64,000 bases of DNA. Source: Nematocida ausubeli (taxonomy: Eukaryota). This document shows positions 1 to 10,300 of this stretch, piece after piece. Location: NCBI RefSeq assembly GCF_000738915.1, contig NW_026515634.1:248001-312000 (forward strand), in the 5' to 3' direction. The first letter of the stretch is position 1, and every line of letters begins with the position of its first letter. A program made the translations under genes and the position numbers. A model generated the notes under the pieces. It worked only from the letters and a program-made list of their open reading frames with translations. It was not told the origin of the DNA and did no database searches.

Positions 1-2
1 GT

Positions 3-2696
3 CTGTGCAAGAACCCAGTTACCTACATCAGCATGGACATATCGGTGGACCTTCCTGTTGGAATGACATGCGTCTGCGAGAATGACAATGGAAGAATTTT
101 CATGGGAGGAAAAGATGGAAACATATATGAGTTCATCTACAACGAAAGAAGCTGGCTGAAGGGGTACACCGCAAAGATTGTGTCCCACACCCATGGGATA
201 ATGGCACACGTTCTGCCATTTTTGTATGCAATGGGGCGCAGGGCAGCTATACAGCAGATTGTGCCCACGTATAGAGGGCTGCTTGTGCTGTACAAAGACA
301 ACACGTTGGAGGCGTACACTCTGGAGAAGCATCTGAAGAAGATAAGAACCGCAGACCTTGCAGAGCTGAACACCACAGATACAATACAGCTCGTGCGGAT
401 GGATGACGCCAAGTGCCAGGCGTATCTGATTCTTCCAGATGCAACCAGGCTCTTTTTAGACTGCAGTGGGTATCTTCTGGGAAAGAGGCCCATGACGCGG
501 GCCCGGATAAGATCCCGTCTTGTTGCACCCAGCTCGATTAAAAACGAAAGCTTCTACCAGATAGGAAAAAGCCTTGTGAGCTTTGGAAAGAACAATAGCG
601 AAGTGTTTATTACAGCAATTACCAGAAACAAAACAGATGTCTCCAGTCCGGAGAACTGCTGCACAATTATGGGCGGGGCTGAGTATGCACACGCAGCTCT
701 TTCGGGAGGCAGCCAGTGGAAGAACCTTGCAGAGTGCTGTATTTCTGGAGAAGAGGTGGCTTTCCTTGCACACAATCGGCTAGACATATACCATATTATG
801 AATGGGGTGGAGCTAATGGAGCGGGCAAGCACAAACCCAGAGGGCATGTTTGCATTTATGCAGAGGAACGGGCCTGAGCTTTCAATGCTGTCTGCGCTCT
901 ATGCGGTTGCAGGAGGGGCATCTTCTCCAGCAATTGACAGCTTTTTTAAGAAGTCTGAGTCTCTCCAAAAGAATGCAATTGCTATGTGCGCAGGAATAAT
1001 TGTTTATAAGGTGTGGAGCATTGACATATACGCCATGCTAAAGGAAGACATGGGACTAGAGGCTGGTGAATACATTGATGAAATAGAAGCTGCTATATCG
1101 AAGGCAAGGCGGCTGAAAAACTTTATTATTCGAGAATGTGTAAACATCAATAATATTCGCATTGCAGAGGGCACTGTTGTGGACATGCTGGACAATATAG
1201 AAGAGACGCTCCACTACATCAGCATACTTATGGAGTCTGATGCGCTGTACATCTTTGACGAGGCAAAGAAAAAGAGCGGCGGGGCGCTTGAGTTTACATA
1301 CTCAAACTTCCTCAAGCCGGTCACAGACCTGAGAAAAGCAACTCTCAATGCTCTTGTGGACCTCAACCTGAGCCAGAAGGCAACTGTGGACAGCATCACC
1401 ATGGAGCTAAACGAGAAGTGCTCCACGCTGTTTGCACTGACTGACACACTGCTGCTGAAGGGAAAGGAGGCCATAGAGAAGGCCTCGCGAGCAGCAACCA
1501 GCGAGGACAGGAAGTGGTATCTTATCAAAAGTATGGAGTTCTTCACAAAAACAGCAGCAAAGAAGTATCTTCCAGAGATAGTGGAGATGTACTCAAATGT
1601 AAGGTTTTCAAAGGGTATTCTTTATGCAATTCGCGCAGGCTTCAGCTCTATTACAGAAGAAGAGGCCACTGCGTACTTCAAGAAGATTGAGTGCACAGAG
1701 GAGATTCTTCAGGAGGGACTTAAAGACGAAAGGCCTGCAATGTGCAATGCGCTGCTGAATGCTGCAATTGCAAAGATTGTCGACAAGAGCCTTTCTGTGG
1801 ATGTGCTGCTGAAAATAAAGTCTCCATATTTGGAGGACTATCTTGACCGCCTGGATAGAACATCAGAATCTCTTGAGCTGTGCGATCTTATCTGGAAGTA
1901 CCACCTCAAGAACCAGAACTACTCAACGGCAGCCCGCTATCTTCTGCGGTCATCTGAACGGACAAAGCCAGCAATTACCCTGGAAAAGCGAATTGAGTAC
2001 ATATCCATCGCATGTACCATGCAGTCTGCGTCAAAGGGATGCGATGACTCTGCGTTGGTAGGGCATATTAGAAATTATATGCCGCGGCTTGGAATCTGTG
2101 CAAAGGAAAGGCTGTGCATGGTGCAGAGACAGGCCGATGTGCTGTCCGCTCTCTCGTGTGCATACAACATAGGAGGTGCGGGAATAGCTGCGCCACAGGC
2201 AATTGTAGAGGAAACCTTTGTGCGGCTGGACACCGGGCTTCTGAGCTTTGAAGAGCTATTTGAGATATGCGTGATGTTCGGGTTTTCAGTGCTCGCTTTG
2301 AAGATATCCACAAAGGGAGAGATTGATGATCCTGTACTGATGAAGACACTGTGGGAAGATGCGCTGTCAGGGCCATACGGGCAGTGTGTAGAGGTTCTGA
2401 AGGAGAACCCAGACATCATGGCAGGCGCACCTCTCGACATGGTCTTTGATATACTAGCTAGAAAAAAGGTGGAGGAGCCACAGAGCGAAGAAAACCTAGG
2501 AAGCGTACTGGTGTCTCTTGGGAGCTCTACTATGAAGGCTGCCAGCATGCTTGAGCAGAAGGGAATGAGCTCAGAATACGCAAGCCCGCGTAGCAAAAAG
2601 ATCATCTTTAACGAAGCAATAGCTTTCTGCGAGATGCACAATTTGACTGAGATCCGACATCGAATCAGCTCATTTAAGGCGTCTCTCGGAATATAG
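3..2696 (+). CDS. NUP155: Nucleoporin Nup155/Nup170 family (5' end probably upstream of window)
   Basis: GRIFMGGKDGNIYEFIY beta-propeller motif and C-terminal DLIWKYH...ITLEKRIEYISIA motifs typical of Nup155/170. The frame is open from the window start (LCKNPVTYIS before Met at 33). Confidence 0.8.
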   Translation: MCKNPVTYISMDISVDLPVGMTCVCENDNGRIFMGGKDGNIYEFIYNERSWLKGYTAKIVSHTHGIMAHVLPFLYAMGRRAAIQQIVPTYRGLLVLYKDNTLEAYTLEKHLKKIRTADLAELNTTDTIQLVRMDDAKCQAYLILPDATRLFLDCSGYLLGKRPMTRARIRSRLVAPSSIKNESFYQIGKSLVSFGKNNSEVFITAITRNKTDVSSPENCCTIMGGAEYAHAALSGGSQWKNLAECCISGEEVAFLAHNRLDIYHIMNGVELMERASTNPEGMFAFMQRNGPELSMLSALYAVAGGASSPAIDSFFKKSESLQKNAIAMCAGIIVYKVWSIDIYAMLKEDMGLEAGEYIDEIEAAISKARRLKNFIIRECVNINNIRIAEGTVVDMLDNIEETLHYISILMESDALYIFDEAKKKSGGALEFTYSNFLKPVTDLRKATLNALVDLNLSQKATVDSITMELNEKCSTLFALTDTLLLKGKEAIEKASRAATSEDRKWYLIKSMEFFTKTAAKKYLPEIVEMYSNVRFSKGILYAIRAGFSSITEEEATAYFKKIECTEEILQEGLKDERPAMCNALLNAAIAKIVDKSLSVDVLLKIKSPYLEDYLDRLDRTSESLELCDLIWKYHLKNQNYSTAARYLLRSSERTKPAITLEKRIEYISIACTMQSASKGCDDSALVGHIRNYMPRLGICAKERLCMVQRQADVLSALSCAYNIGGAGIAAPQAIVEETFVRLDTGLLSFEELFEICVMFGFSVLALKISTKGEIDDPVLMKTLWEDALSGPYGQCVEVLKENPDIMAGAPLDMVFDILARKKVEEPQSEENLGSVLVSLGSSTMKAASMLEQKGMSSEYASPRSKKIIFNEAIAFCEMHNLTEIRHRISSFKASLGI

Positions 2697-3183
2697 GGGG
2701 AGTTCTTCCTGCGATGAACACTTATAGTATTTATATGTCTTTTTTAATATATCTTGTTTCACAAGGCACGGGAGTATAAATATTGAATCTTGACTGCTGC
2801 TATTAAATATAGTTTGTTTCATCTCTTTCTGTTGTCTTCTTCTTTTTATACAATTATAGTTTTTGTGATGCAAGTAGAAATATCTATCCAAAAGCCTTTC
2901 ACTATTATTTAGAGAACAAGCGCCGATTTCTCAAATACTTGGAAAAATATATACCCAATAGACTATACATAAAGTCATTTAGGCATTTAGTAGAAAAGAA
3001 CTTTGCAAATATGCTAAAAAGACAGTGCTGTAGGAGGCCCATATGAAAACATCTGCTATACCAGTGTGCCTCACTGGACAGCGCAAAAAATAACCAGTGT
3101 GCGCCAAGAAATACTATGTATATTGTTGTTTTATTATGATGCAGTTTGCGCACTTGACTCAACAAACTAGAGCGCACAGGAGT

Positions 3184-6100
3184 TTATAGCAGATCACTGT
3201 AGAGGCTCGTTATAAGAACTTCAATGCGATTGGAGTCAAAGGTTTTGAGAGGGTTTTTCTCAAAGAACGAGGTTATAATGTCCACTGCGGCTTTCTTGTC
3301 CACCAGACTTGCATTCTTTAGATCCTCTCCAATCCCGCTGGAAAAGGCCTCATTTAATGTGATCTTATTCTTATCCTCAATAGGTACCAAGGAAAGCAGA
3401 TAGAAGTGCCGGATGACTTGGAATGCGTCCTGGTCTTCGGGCGTAAGAGGGAACTCTGGGTAGAAGCTTGTCACTATAAACGCAACCGACTCCTGCGAGG
3501 AAGACAGGCGCATGGATCCGCATCCAGGAACAAGAAGGCCTAGACACATTTTTATGTGCTGGATGCGCCCATAGCGCATTCCGTACTGCTCTCTATATGT
3601 TCCCGAAAACGGGCTGAAGTCTATGATTTTATCCAACGCTTCCACACACTTCAAAGACTCAAGCATTCTTTTGCATGTTCCTAGAATGCAAAGATCTCCT
3701 GTTGAGTTTAGAACCAGGCAGCAGGCTAGCAGTGTGTAATCTAGTATAATTGAGTGCACGCTTCCGTTTCTTTCTATTTTGTACAGAAGGTTTGTGATGT
3801 CATCAACAAACTTTGCAGACGGCTTTTTCCCTTCTTCCGGGATCTGCAGAATTCCATGCGCAAAAATTCTTCCTGCAATGCTGTATGCCTCCTCAATTGG
3901 CAGGTTTTCAGTAAGTGCCTCGCTCAAAACGCTTTTATAATCCGCAGCACCATTTCCCAGAACGAGCAAGATCATGAGCGAAGAGTAGAATCTGTTTAGG
4001 GGCATGGAGTGCGTGCGGCTCTCTTCCAGCAGGCACGATATCTTCTCCCATCCGCTTCGCATGTGCACTAGGCCATTCACAATGATTTCACAAGTTCGGT
4101 CGGGCAGTCTAATATACTCTCGGCTGTGTGTTCCAAGCATGATATATGCAAAGGAGAAGGCAGCTGCTGCTCTGTGGTATTTGTCATAGTACTCCTTTTT
4201 TGTCTGTGCATTGCCTATGGCTATGGGACCTTTTCTTTGCATGTACTCAATAAGAGACTTTTTGGCAAAAAGATCATCGTGCCCCATATATAGCACTCCA
4301 AGAGACAGCACACTCCACATCAGAAGGTGGCTGGGAGAGGTGGCGGAGTGCATGTTAAACCATATAATGTTTGCGTGGTCCTTGTTTCCAGTTCCCTTGA
4401 CAATAAAAGAGTTCCCTAGAATTGTGGCTGCAATCAGGAGACTGTCATGGCTTTTTGAGAGAGACAGAATAAGAGACCGCGAGAGATTCAGCTTCTCTCC
4501 AATTGTTAGGTTGCTCTGGCACACATTTGTCTTCAGGCCAAACCCAAAGATCGCACCTGCGAGGGCCATCAGCGCTCTTGGCGTCATCACATCAATATGG
4601 CTTGTGGAGATAAACGGCCTATTTGGAATCGAGAGCGCAGTGGCCACAGAGAAGTGAAACGCAGGCCACATGCTGTCGCATTCATCCAGGTCTGTAATGG
4701 ACACCACGTGGTTATTCTTTTTCAAAAATACCTTCATTTCGGGGACTTGAAACACATTGATATGGCTGTTTCTGTTCAGGAGAAACATGCCGCGCCCAAT
4801 TGAGGCTATAATTGAAAAGACAAACGCCTTCTTCCGCCGGTTCTCTGTGTCGTACACATCAAACATAAAGTCGCCAATCTGGTGCCCAGATAGAAGACGC
4901 TTGCACTCTTCAATCACACTTGTATTTCGCAGGCGCAGCGGAACACTTTGAATGTGCTCTGGATCGTCCAGCGTGTGCGCAACATACCTGTCAGCCATGC
5001 TAAAGCTCTCCTGGTTCTCTATGCTCTGATCGTTTTTCAAAAGGCTGTACCCTAGGTTCTTCGACTTATAGATAAGGTTTTCGTTGTACGAAAACAGCTC
5101 GTACATAATAGCAGTCTTGGGAACTGACTGTGATCCCAGCATCCAGAACATGTAGGCTCTCTTTCTGTTGGTCTTTTTGTTTCGCTTGGCTATGTCGCGA
5201 AATAGAGGTGTCTGTATACTGCCAACACATCTAATAATGTGTGCTACCCGCTCTAAATACACAGACATCTTCTCAACCAGTCTCCGTGGAAGTGTAGCAA
5301 TCTCATGCGATATCAGCTTGTGCATAGATGCCTCTGGCGTTGAGAAGTACACCTTTAGCACTTTATGCATGTTATACGATGGCATGATTGTTCCAAAAAG
5401 CCTCTGTCCTGTCTCAGCGTATCGGAAAAAGTTGGAAATCTCTTTTATAGTGTACACTCCCTTCCTAACCACCTTAATCTGTGCAATTGCCTGGTCTGTG
5501 ATGTATCTTGGCAGTGTGTCCTGCAAGTGGGCCGCCAAATTAAACACAAGCCCATATTCGCTTACGACCTCCTGCCCATTTACTAAAAAGTACATGCCTC
5601 GCTTCATTTTAATAGGCACAACACTTTCCACTTTCTTGGAAACAGGCACATACACCAGCTCCTGCTTGATCTGCATCTCTTTTGAGCGCCTGCTTAGAGA
5701 TCCTATTACAATTCTGTCTTCCTGCCACATTGCATATCGCAGGCCCTCAACGTGAGCACCCATTACAGGCTCCTGCACTTGTAAAGAGAAACCATAGTCT
5801 GAATATGGAGGCGTCCATTTGTATATGCGGAGATATGTTTTCTTATATTTTTCATATTGCAGTATAAATCTGTCTTTATGTGCAGCAACAATCTCAAATG
5901 GCACATACAGTTGAGAGTATGCGTGAACTGTCTCATACGGATGCGTTATGTATAGAAGCTGGGTACTATTTTCCTCGCAGTATATAACGCCTTCAGAGAG
6001 AAACCCGCAGCTCTTTATCCTCTTAGTGGGATACTTTATCATCTCGCCAGTCTCCTCCATAAAAACAATGCTTTTCTCCAGAACAGCAACAACGTGCTGG

Positions 6101-6204
6101 CGAACCCGCCCGCACTTCTGGATTTTTGTCTCAAATCTGTATGCTGTCTTTGCTGTCTTGAGTGTATACTCTGTCCACTTCATAAATAAAAAAGAAGAGC
6201 TCAT
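3184..6204 (-). CDS. APC1: Anaphase-promoting complex subunit 1 (reduced, ~1000 aa)
   Basis: WPAFHFSVATAL, PC-repeat-like helices, and YGRIQHIKMCLGLL...FYPEFP...FQVIRHFYLL match APC1 signatures. Alternative ATG at 6183. Confidence 0.85.
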   Translation of the reverse strand: MSSSFLFMKWTEYTLKTAKTAYRFETKIQKCGRVRQHVVAVLEKSIVFMEETGEMIKYPTKRIKSCGFLSEGVIYCEENSTQLLYITHPYETVHAYSQLYVPFEIVAAHKDRFILQYEKYKKTYLRIYKWTPPYSDYGFSLQVQEPVMGAHVEGLRYAMWQEDRIVIGSLSRRSKEMQIKQELVYVPVSKKVESVVPIKMKRGMYFLVNGQEVVSEYGLVFNLAAHLQDTLPRYITDQAIAQIKVVRKGVYTIKEISNFFRYAETGQRLFGTIMPSYNMHKVLKVYFSTPEASMHKLISHEIATLPRRLVEKMSVYLERVAHIIRCVGSIQTPLFRDIAKRNKKTNRKRAYMFWMLGSQSVPKTAIMYELFSYNENLIYKSKNLGYSLLKNDQSIENQESFSMADRYVAHTLDDPEHIQSVPLRLRNTSVIEECKRLLSGHQIGDFMFDVYDTENRRKKAFVFSIIASIGRGMFLLNRNSHINVFQVPEMKVFLKKNNHVVSITDLDECDSMWPAFHFSVATALSIPNRPFISTSHIDVMTPRALMALAGAIFGFGLKTNVCQSNLTIGEKLNLSRSLILSLSKSHDSLLIAATILGNSFIVKGTGNKDHANIIWFNMHSATSPSHLLMWSVLSLGVLYMGHDDLFAKKSLIEYMQRKGPIAIGNAQTKKEYYDKYHRAAAAFSFAYIMLGTHSREYIRLPDRTCEIIVNGLVHMRSGWEKISCLLEESRTHSMPLNRFYSSLMILLVLGNGAADYKSVLSEALTENLPIEEAYSIAGRIFAHGILQIPEEGKKPSAKFVDDITNLLYKIERNGSVHSIILDYTLLACCLVLNSTGDLCILGTCKRMLESLKCVEALDKIIDFSPFSGTYREQYGMRYGRIQHIKMCLGLLVPGCGSMRLSSSQESVAFIVTSFYPEFPLTPEDQDAFQVIRHFYLLSLVPIEDKNKITLNEAFSSGIGEDLKNASLVDKKAAVDIITSFFEKNPLKTFDSNRIEVLITSLYSDLL

Positions 6205-6266
6205 CTAAATAAAGAATCCATTTACTAATGTCTGCAGTACTTCTCTCGGCGCAGGAGCAGCGGATA

Positions 6267-6728
6267 CTATGTAAGAAACTCCTCCTTCTGCGCGCTCTGG
6301 TATTTTTTGCTTTCAAAGTATGTGCCATACACATTGATTATTTTCTTATTATGGAAGATCCCCTGGTGAACCATAATTAAAAGAGACAGCATTTCGTCTG
6401 TCCCCGGAATTGTTTCTGAAACCTGGAAGTTTGGCCGTTTGCAGAAAGAAACATAGATGGGCGCGCGCTTTGAAAAGAACACAAGCACATGGCGCGTGTC
6501 CTCTGAGATTTTGTACTTTCTGCGCAGTGCGTCTGCCACGTCCTTGGTTTCGTATGCAGCAATTGCAAAATATCTGCAAACCATCCCATTCAGCTCAGAC
6601 AGCATGCGGTCTATTCGCTGGCACTCCTTTTCTTCTGCATATCCAAATCTGACTAAAAGAATGCGCTTATCGTTCAGCAGGTCTTCAAACATCTTATCCG
6701 AGACAATATTGTTTAGAAAAAAGGACAT
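6267..6728 (-). CDS. DIB1: Dim1/Dib1 (U5 snRNP 15 kDa) thioredoxin-like protein, divergent
   Basis: RILLVRFGY..ECQRIDRML...FAI and LVFFSKRAPIYV...EMLSLLIMVHQG align with the Dim1 family pattern VVIRFG...CMKMDEVL...MFFFRNKHIM...EMIDIIETVYRG. Length 153 aa fits. Confidence 0.75.
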   Translation of the reverse strand: MSFFLNNIVSDKMFEDLLNDKRILLVRFGYAEEKECQRIDRMLSELNGMVCRYFAIAAYETKDVADALRRKYKISEDTRHVLVFFSKRAPIYVSFCKRPNFQVSETIPGTDEMLSLLIMVHQGIFHNKKIINVYGTYFESKKYQSAQKEEFLT

Positions 6729-6779
6729 GCCAATAGGATAGCACCTAAACTCTATATACGTATTCTTCTGATTTTTATT

Positions 6780-9700
6780 TTAAGATGAGATTTCCTCTCT
6801 GCAAATAGGGCACTGGTTCTTGCTTCTCTGCAGCCAGGTTTTCAGGCAAAGGCCGTGGAACTGGTTACTGCACTTTGAGCATGTTGTATCTGGGAAGCTC
6901 TTTGACACCTCGTTCACCATAAAGAAGCAGATGCCGCACTCTTCAACCTCATCCACCGCCTTGTCCAGCGCAAGCTTCCAGAGGACCAAGGCCTCTCCCA
7001 CTCTGCAGTGCTCTGCCATCAGCATCTGGATCCTCAAAAGAAGTCTCTGTAGCCTCTGCTTTTTTACTCCCACGCATCGAATAATTTTTACTTCTGGTAT
7101 GCTTAGCGGATAGTCCTTTGGGAAGTTGATGTTCACCTCAAGCTCAGACTCCTCTATCTTGTATACAACAACCATGATGTGGATCTCTGCTATTGTCTTC
7201 ATTCTAATCTCCACTCCCTGCAAAGGACGGCTGGCCTCGTCCCGGATCAGCCTTGGGGTTACGTTCTGCACAAAGTATCTCTGAACCCGCTTCGTATTTC
7301 TGCTGCTTTTGAAGAAGAGTCGAAGAAGTACAGGGAAGCTTCTGGCAAAAAGTCCAAGAAGATCAAGCGCGTTTGCCTCGCTTGAGATTAAAAAGGAGAG
7401 CCACTTGCACTCCGCGCGCACCATGGCAGATATCAAAGAGGACAGCTCAATAGTTCGAATCTCGCTGCAGATAGATAGGAAAAGACGCCACTCGTATGCA
7501 TCCATGTTCTTTATATTACCTATTGCTGGTATGTCAAAAAGCATGTAGAATATCTCTGCATCAATCGCACCCTCCTCCACCTTTGACATACTGTACACAT
7601 TAAGAACAGAGTTTGCGTAGTGCTTGGCAATGCTTTTGAGAATTGGGCGGTAGGCCTCACTTCTGTGCTCTCCTGCTTCTCCAGCCCACGCACGGTCGCT
7701 CTTAATGTACACTGCTGCTTTCTCTGGATGTCTCTCCAGATACGGCTGCATATGGCGAAGATCTTCTTGGTTTACAAGAGAAAAGTCTATGTCTTCAATT
7801 CCCTGGAAAGAAGTGCTATTCTGTATGGCAAGGGACAGAACTCTGCAGTGAATGCGCTGTGCTTCTTTAAAGCTGAGATTGAGTGTCTCTTTCCCTGTGC
7901 TTTTTTCAATTCGCAGAAGCAAATAGACCAACGCACCTCTATTTCTGCTTGGCAGACTGTCTAGCGTAACATCTGCCAGCTTGTCCTCCACATTACTTTC
8001 AACGGTATTTCCAAAGAGAGTCTGCACATATGCCTCAATAATGTCCTTGGCCAGTGCGCTCTTCTCAGTAGAAGGCTCTGTTGTGTCCTCTTCGGCTTGG
8101 CTTATTAGAGTGGCTATTTGTGATGGAACTCTTTTTTGTGAGACATCCTTCCAAAACCGCATTGCATCAACAACCCTTCCAACAAGGCCATCCACGCGGA
8201 TGCTTCCAAAGCTCTCTTCAATCTCTGCTGCTGCTGGCAGGATGCTTTGTATTTCAAGAATGCTTTGCAAGAAGCCAGATAGCTTTGCATTTTTAAGCCG
8301 TGTAAGAGTACTCTTCCACTTAGAGAACGCATGCACAAAGAGATATGCACTGCAGGGCTGCTTTGTCTCTGCGCCCTCTATGACTTCAGTGAGCTCAATG
8401 CATTCATCAGATATGTCATTTGTTCCTGCTGCATTTCTATTTGCGTCCTGTATAATGTACTCATACACGCTGTTTTCGTCAATTGCCTCTTTTTCTATAA
8501 GGTATATAAGATAGCTCTCCTCTATGTCCTCAGTTAGCACAAACTTCTTAGTAAAGTCCTCCTTGGTATAGGGGGCTGTGGTGTATATGCGGCCCAGCAG
8601 CTTCATTGCGTACTTTTGCTCTATTTTATCCCGCACAAGCTCATATACCTCCTGAATCACATCCATAGGCTCGCTCTCAATCTTGCTCATAAGATACACC
8701 ATCAGATCATCAGGCAGACCTCTCAGTATCTTTTCAATAAAGAGCTTGTACTTAAACATAAGATCTATAGTTTGGCGAGTGGTAAGCGAAGGGTGCTCGG
8801 TAGCCACATATATATGCTCTTCCTTTCCCAGCTCTTCCTGATCCTTGAAGAAAAACCGCGGAAGAACCCGCACGCCCTCCTCAAAGATGCCCTCCTTCTT
8901 AAGAAATCCAATGCTTATTTGGGATATCATTTCTCTGCTAATGTCTTCTATTTTTTCCCCAGCCATGTCGGCTCGAATAATGCGCTCTCTGAATGTGAGC
9001 TCTTCGTATACCTTTGTGCTATGTATAGGGTGTGCCTGCAGAGCTTCGTTCACTCGGTTATAGCAGTCTATAGTATTCAGATATGGAAAATCACTCTTCT
9101 CTATCTTTATATGCTCGAAGCCAGAAGTGTTGCTCTGGAACATCTTTTTGAGAATCAGCTTTCTGTTGTTTGTTATCTCAAGAAGAACAGAAAAGAGAAT
9201 AGCAGGTAGATTTGCGCAGCCCTCCACAAAAAGAGCAGGACCATATTCGCTCACTTCCTTTCTAAACCGCTCTGAGGAAACAATCGCCAGAAAGGCCTCG
9301 TCTTCCATCTTAGAGCTGTCTTTTATCACATCCTTCACAGTGTATCCAGCATTAACTGCTGCAAACACTTTCCATCTCTCTGGAGCTCCTTGTGCAGCAG
9401 ATGCAGCGCATAGCGCAGCTTCTTTTATTTCACTGCTCAGCTGCTGCTTTTCTTCTAGAGAGCACAGCAGCTTCGCAAGTCTGCCTATCTCCGAGCCTGT
9501 TTTGGCTTTTTTAATCATTTCTATGCTCACATCTACAGTCTTCTCGACTGCGCTCTCAACAAGTTTGCTTTTTATATACATCTCAACACACGCTGTTCTG
9601 TTATAGAAGGCAAGAAGCGGCACAAGGGCCTGGCTTTTGCTGAGGTGCTTGATCACTTTGTATCCAACCTTGTGCGGGTGGTCAAGAAACATATGCACCC

Positions 9701-9986
9701 AGTGGCTGGCACTGCTGTTCTGGAGCGGCCGAGAGCTGTTTTTCAGAATAGACAGAAAAATCGTTGACACATACGTTGGAATTGGCTCCTGTGCATTTTT
9801 GCATAGAACAGGCATTGTGTCATAGAGACACTGTGCAACACAATCGGCTGACAGCGTGTCCAGACTGTTTACAATCCGCTGCAGTGCTTTGCACCGCGTG
9901 TTTACGTCTTTCTTCTGGACTAGTGAAAAACACGATAGAACATCTGGGTCTACATATCCACTCTTTACAGACTCAAAGGGATTCAT
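6780..9986 (-). CDS. LTN1: Listerin/Ltn1 RQC E3 ubiquitin ligase
   Basis: N-terminal KKDVNTRCKAL motif, RWD-like FPKDYPL, and C-terminal RING ECGICF...CSKCSNQFHGLCLKTW...CPICR. Confidence 0.9.
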   Translation of the reverse strand: MNPFESVKSGYVDPDVLSCFSLVQKKDVNTRCKALQRIVNSLDTLSADCVAQCLYDTMPVLCKNAQEPIPTYVSTIFLSILKNSSRPLQNSSASHWVHMFLDHPHKVGYKVIKHLSKSQALVPLLAFYNRTACVEMYIKSKLVESAVEKTVDVSIEMIKKAKTGSEIGRLAKLLCSLEEKQQLSSEIKEAALCAASAAQGAPERWKVFAAVNAGYTVKDVIKDSSKMEDEAFLAIVSSERFRKEVSEYGPALFVEGCANLPAILFSVLLEITNNRKLILKKMFQSNTSGFEHIKIEKSDFPYLNTIDCYNRVNEALQAHPIHSTKVYEELTFRERIIRADMAGEKIEDISREMISQISIGFLKKEGIFEEGVRVLPRFFFKDQEELGKEEHIYVATEHPSLTTRQTIDLMFKYKLFIEKILRGLPDDLMVYLMSKIESEPMDVIQEVYELVRDKIEQKYAMKLLGRIYTTAPYTKEDFTKKFVLTEDIEESYLIYLIEKEAIDENSVYEYIIQDANRNAAGTNDISDECIELTEVIEGAETKQPCSAYLFVHAFSKWKSTLTRLKNAKLSGFLQSILEIQSILPAAAEIEESFGSIRVDGLVGRVVDAMRFWKDVSQKRVPSQIATLISQAEEDTTEPSTEKSALAKDIIEAYVQTLFGNTVESNVEDKLADVTLDSLPSRNRGALVYLLLRIEKSTGKETLNLSFKEAQRIHCRVLSLAIQNSTSFQGIEDIDFSLVNQEDLRHMQPYLERHPEKAAVYIKSDRAWAGEAGEHRSEAYRPILKSIAKHYANSVLNVYSMSKVEEGAIDAEIFYMLFDIPAIGNIKNMDAYEWRLFLSICSEIRTIELSSLISAMVRAECKWLSFLISSEANALDLLGLFARSFPVLLRLFFKSSRNTKRVQRYFVQNVTPRLIRDEASRPLQGVEIRMKTIAEIHIMVVVYKIEESELEVNINFPKDYPLSIPEVKIIRCVGVKKQRLQRLLLRIQMLMAEHCRVGEALVLWKLALDKAVDEVEECGICFFMVNEVSKSFPDTTCSKCSNQFHGLCLKTWLQRSKNQCPICREEISS

Positions 9987-10300
9987 ACAAAAATAAATAT
10001 TTGCAAATAAATACCCGATATAGATAACCTTTTCTTGGCAATCACTGTCTTTAAAGGTGTCTTTCCATGATATGTAATTTGCATACGCTATTATGAGCCT
10101 GTGCGTTTACGCCTTGAACATCCAGCTATCAGGGGTGCTGTAGATACAGTGTATGCTGTGTGTGCTAAAAATATTATAGTATGTAGACAAGAATATTTAT
10201 TCTTCTGCATTTATTCGGAATGTGCTGCGCTTTGCAAATACCAATGCTTAGAAGTTGTACTTTCATGGCACTGCCTTATAAGGCAAGTATCTGTGCGCGC

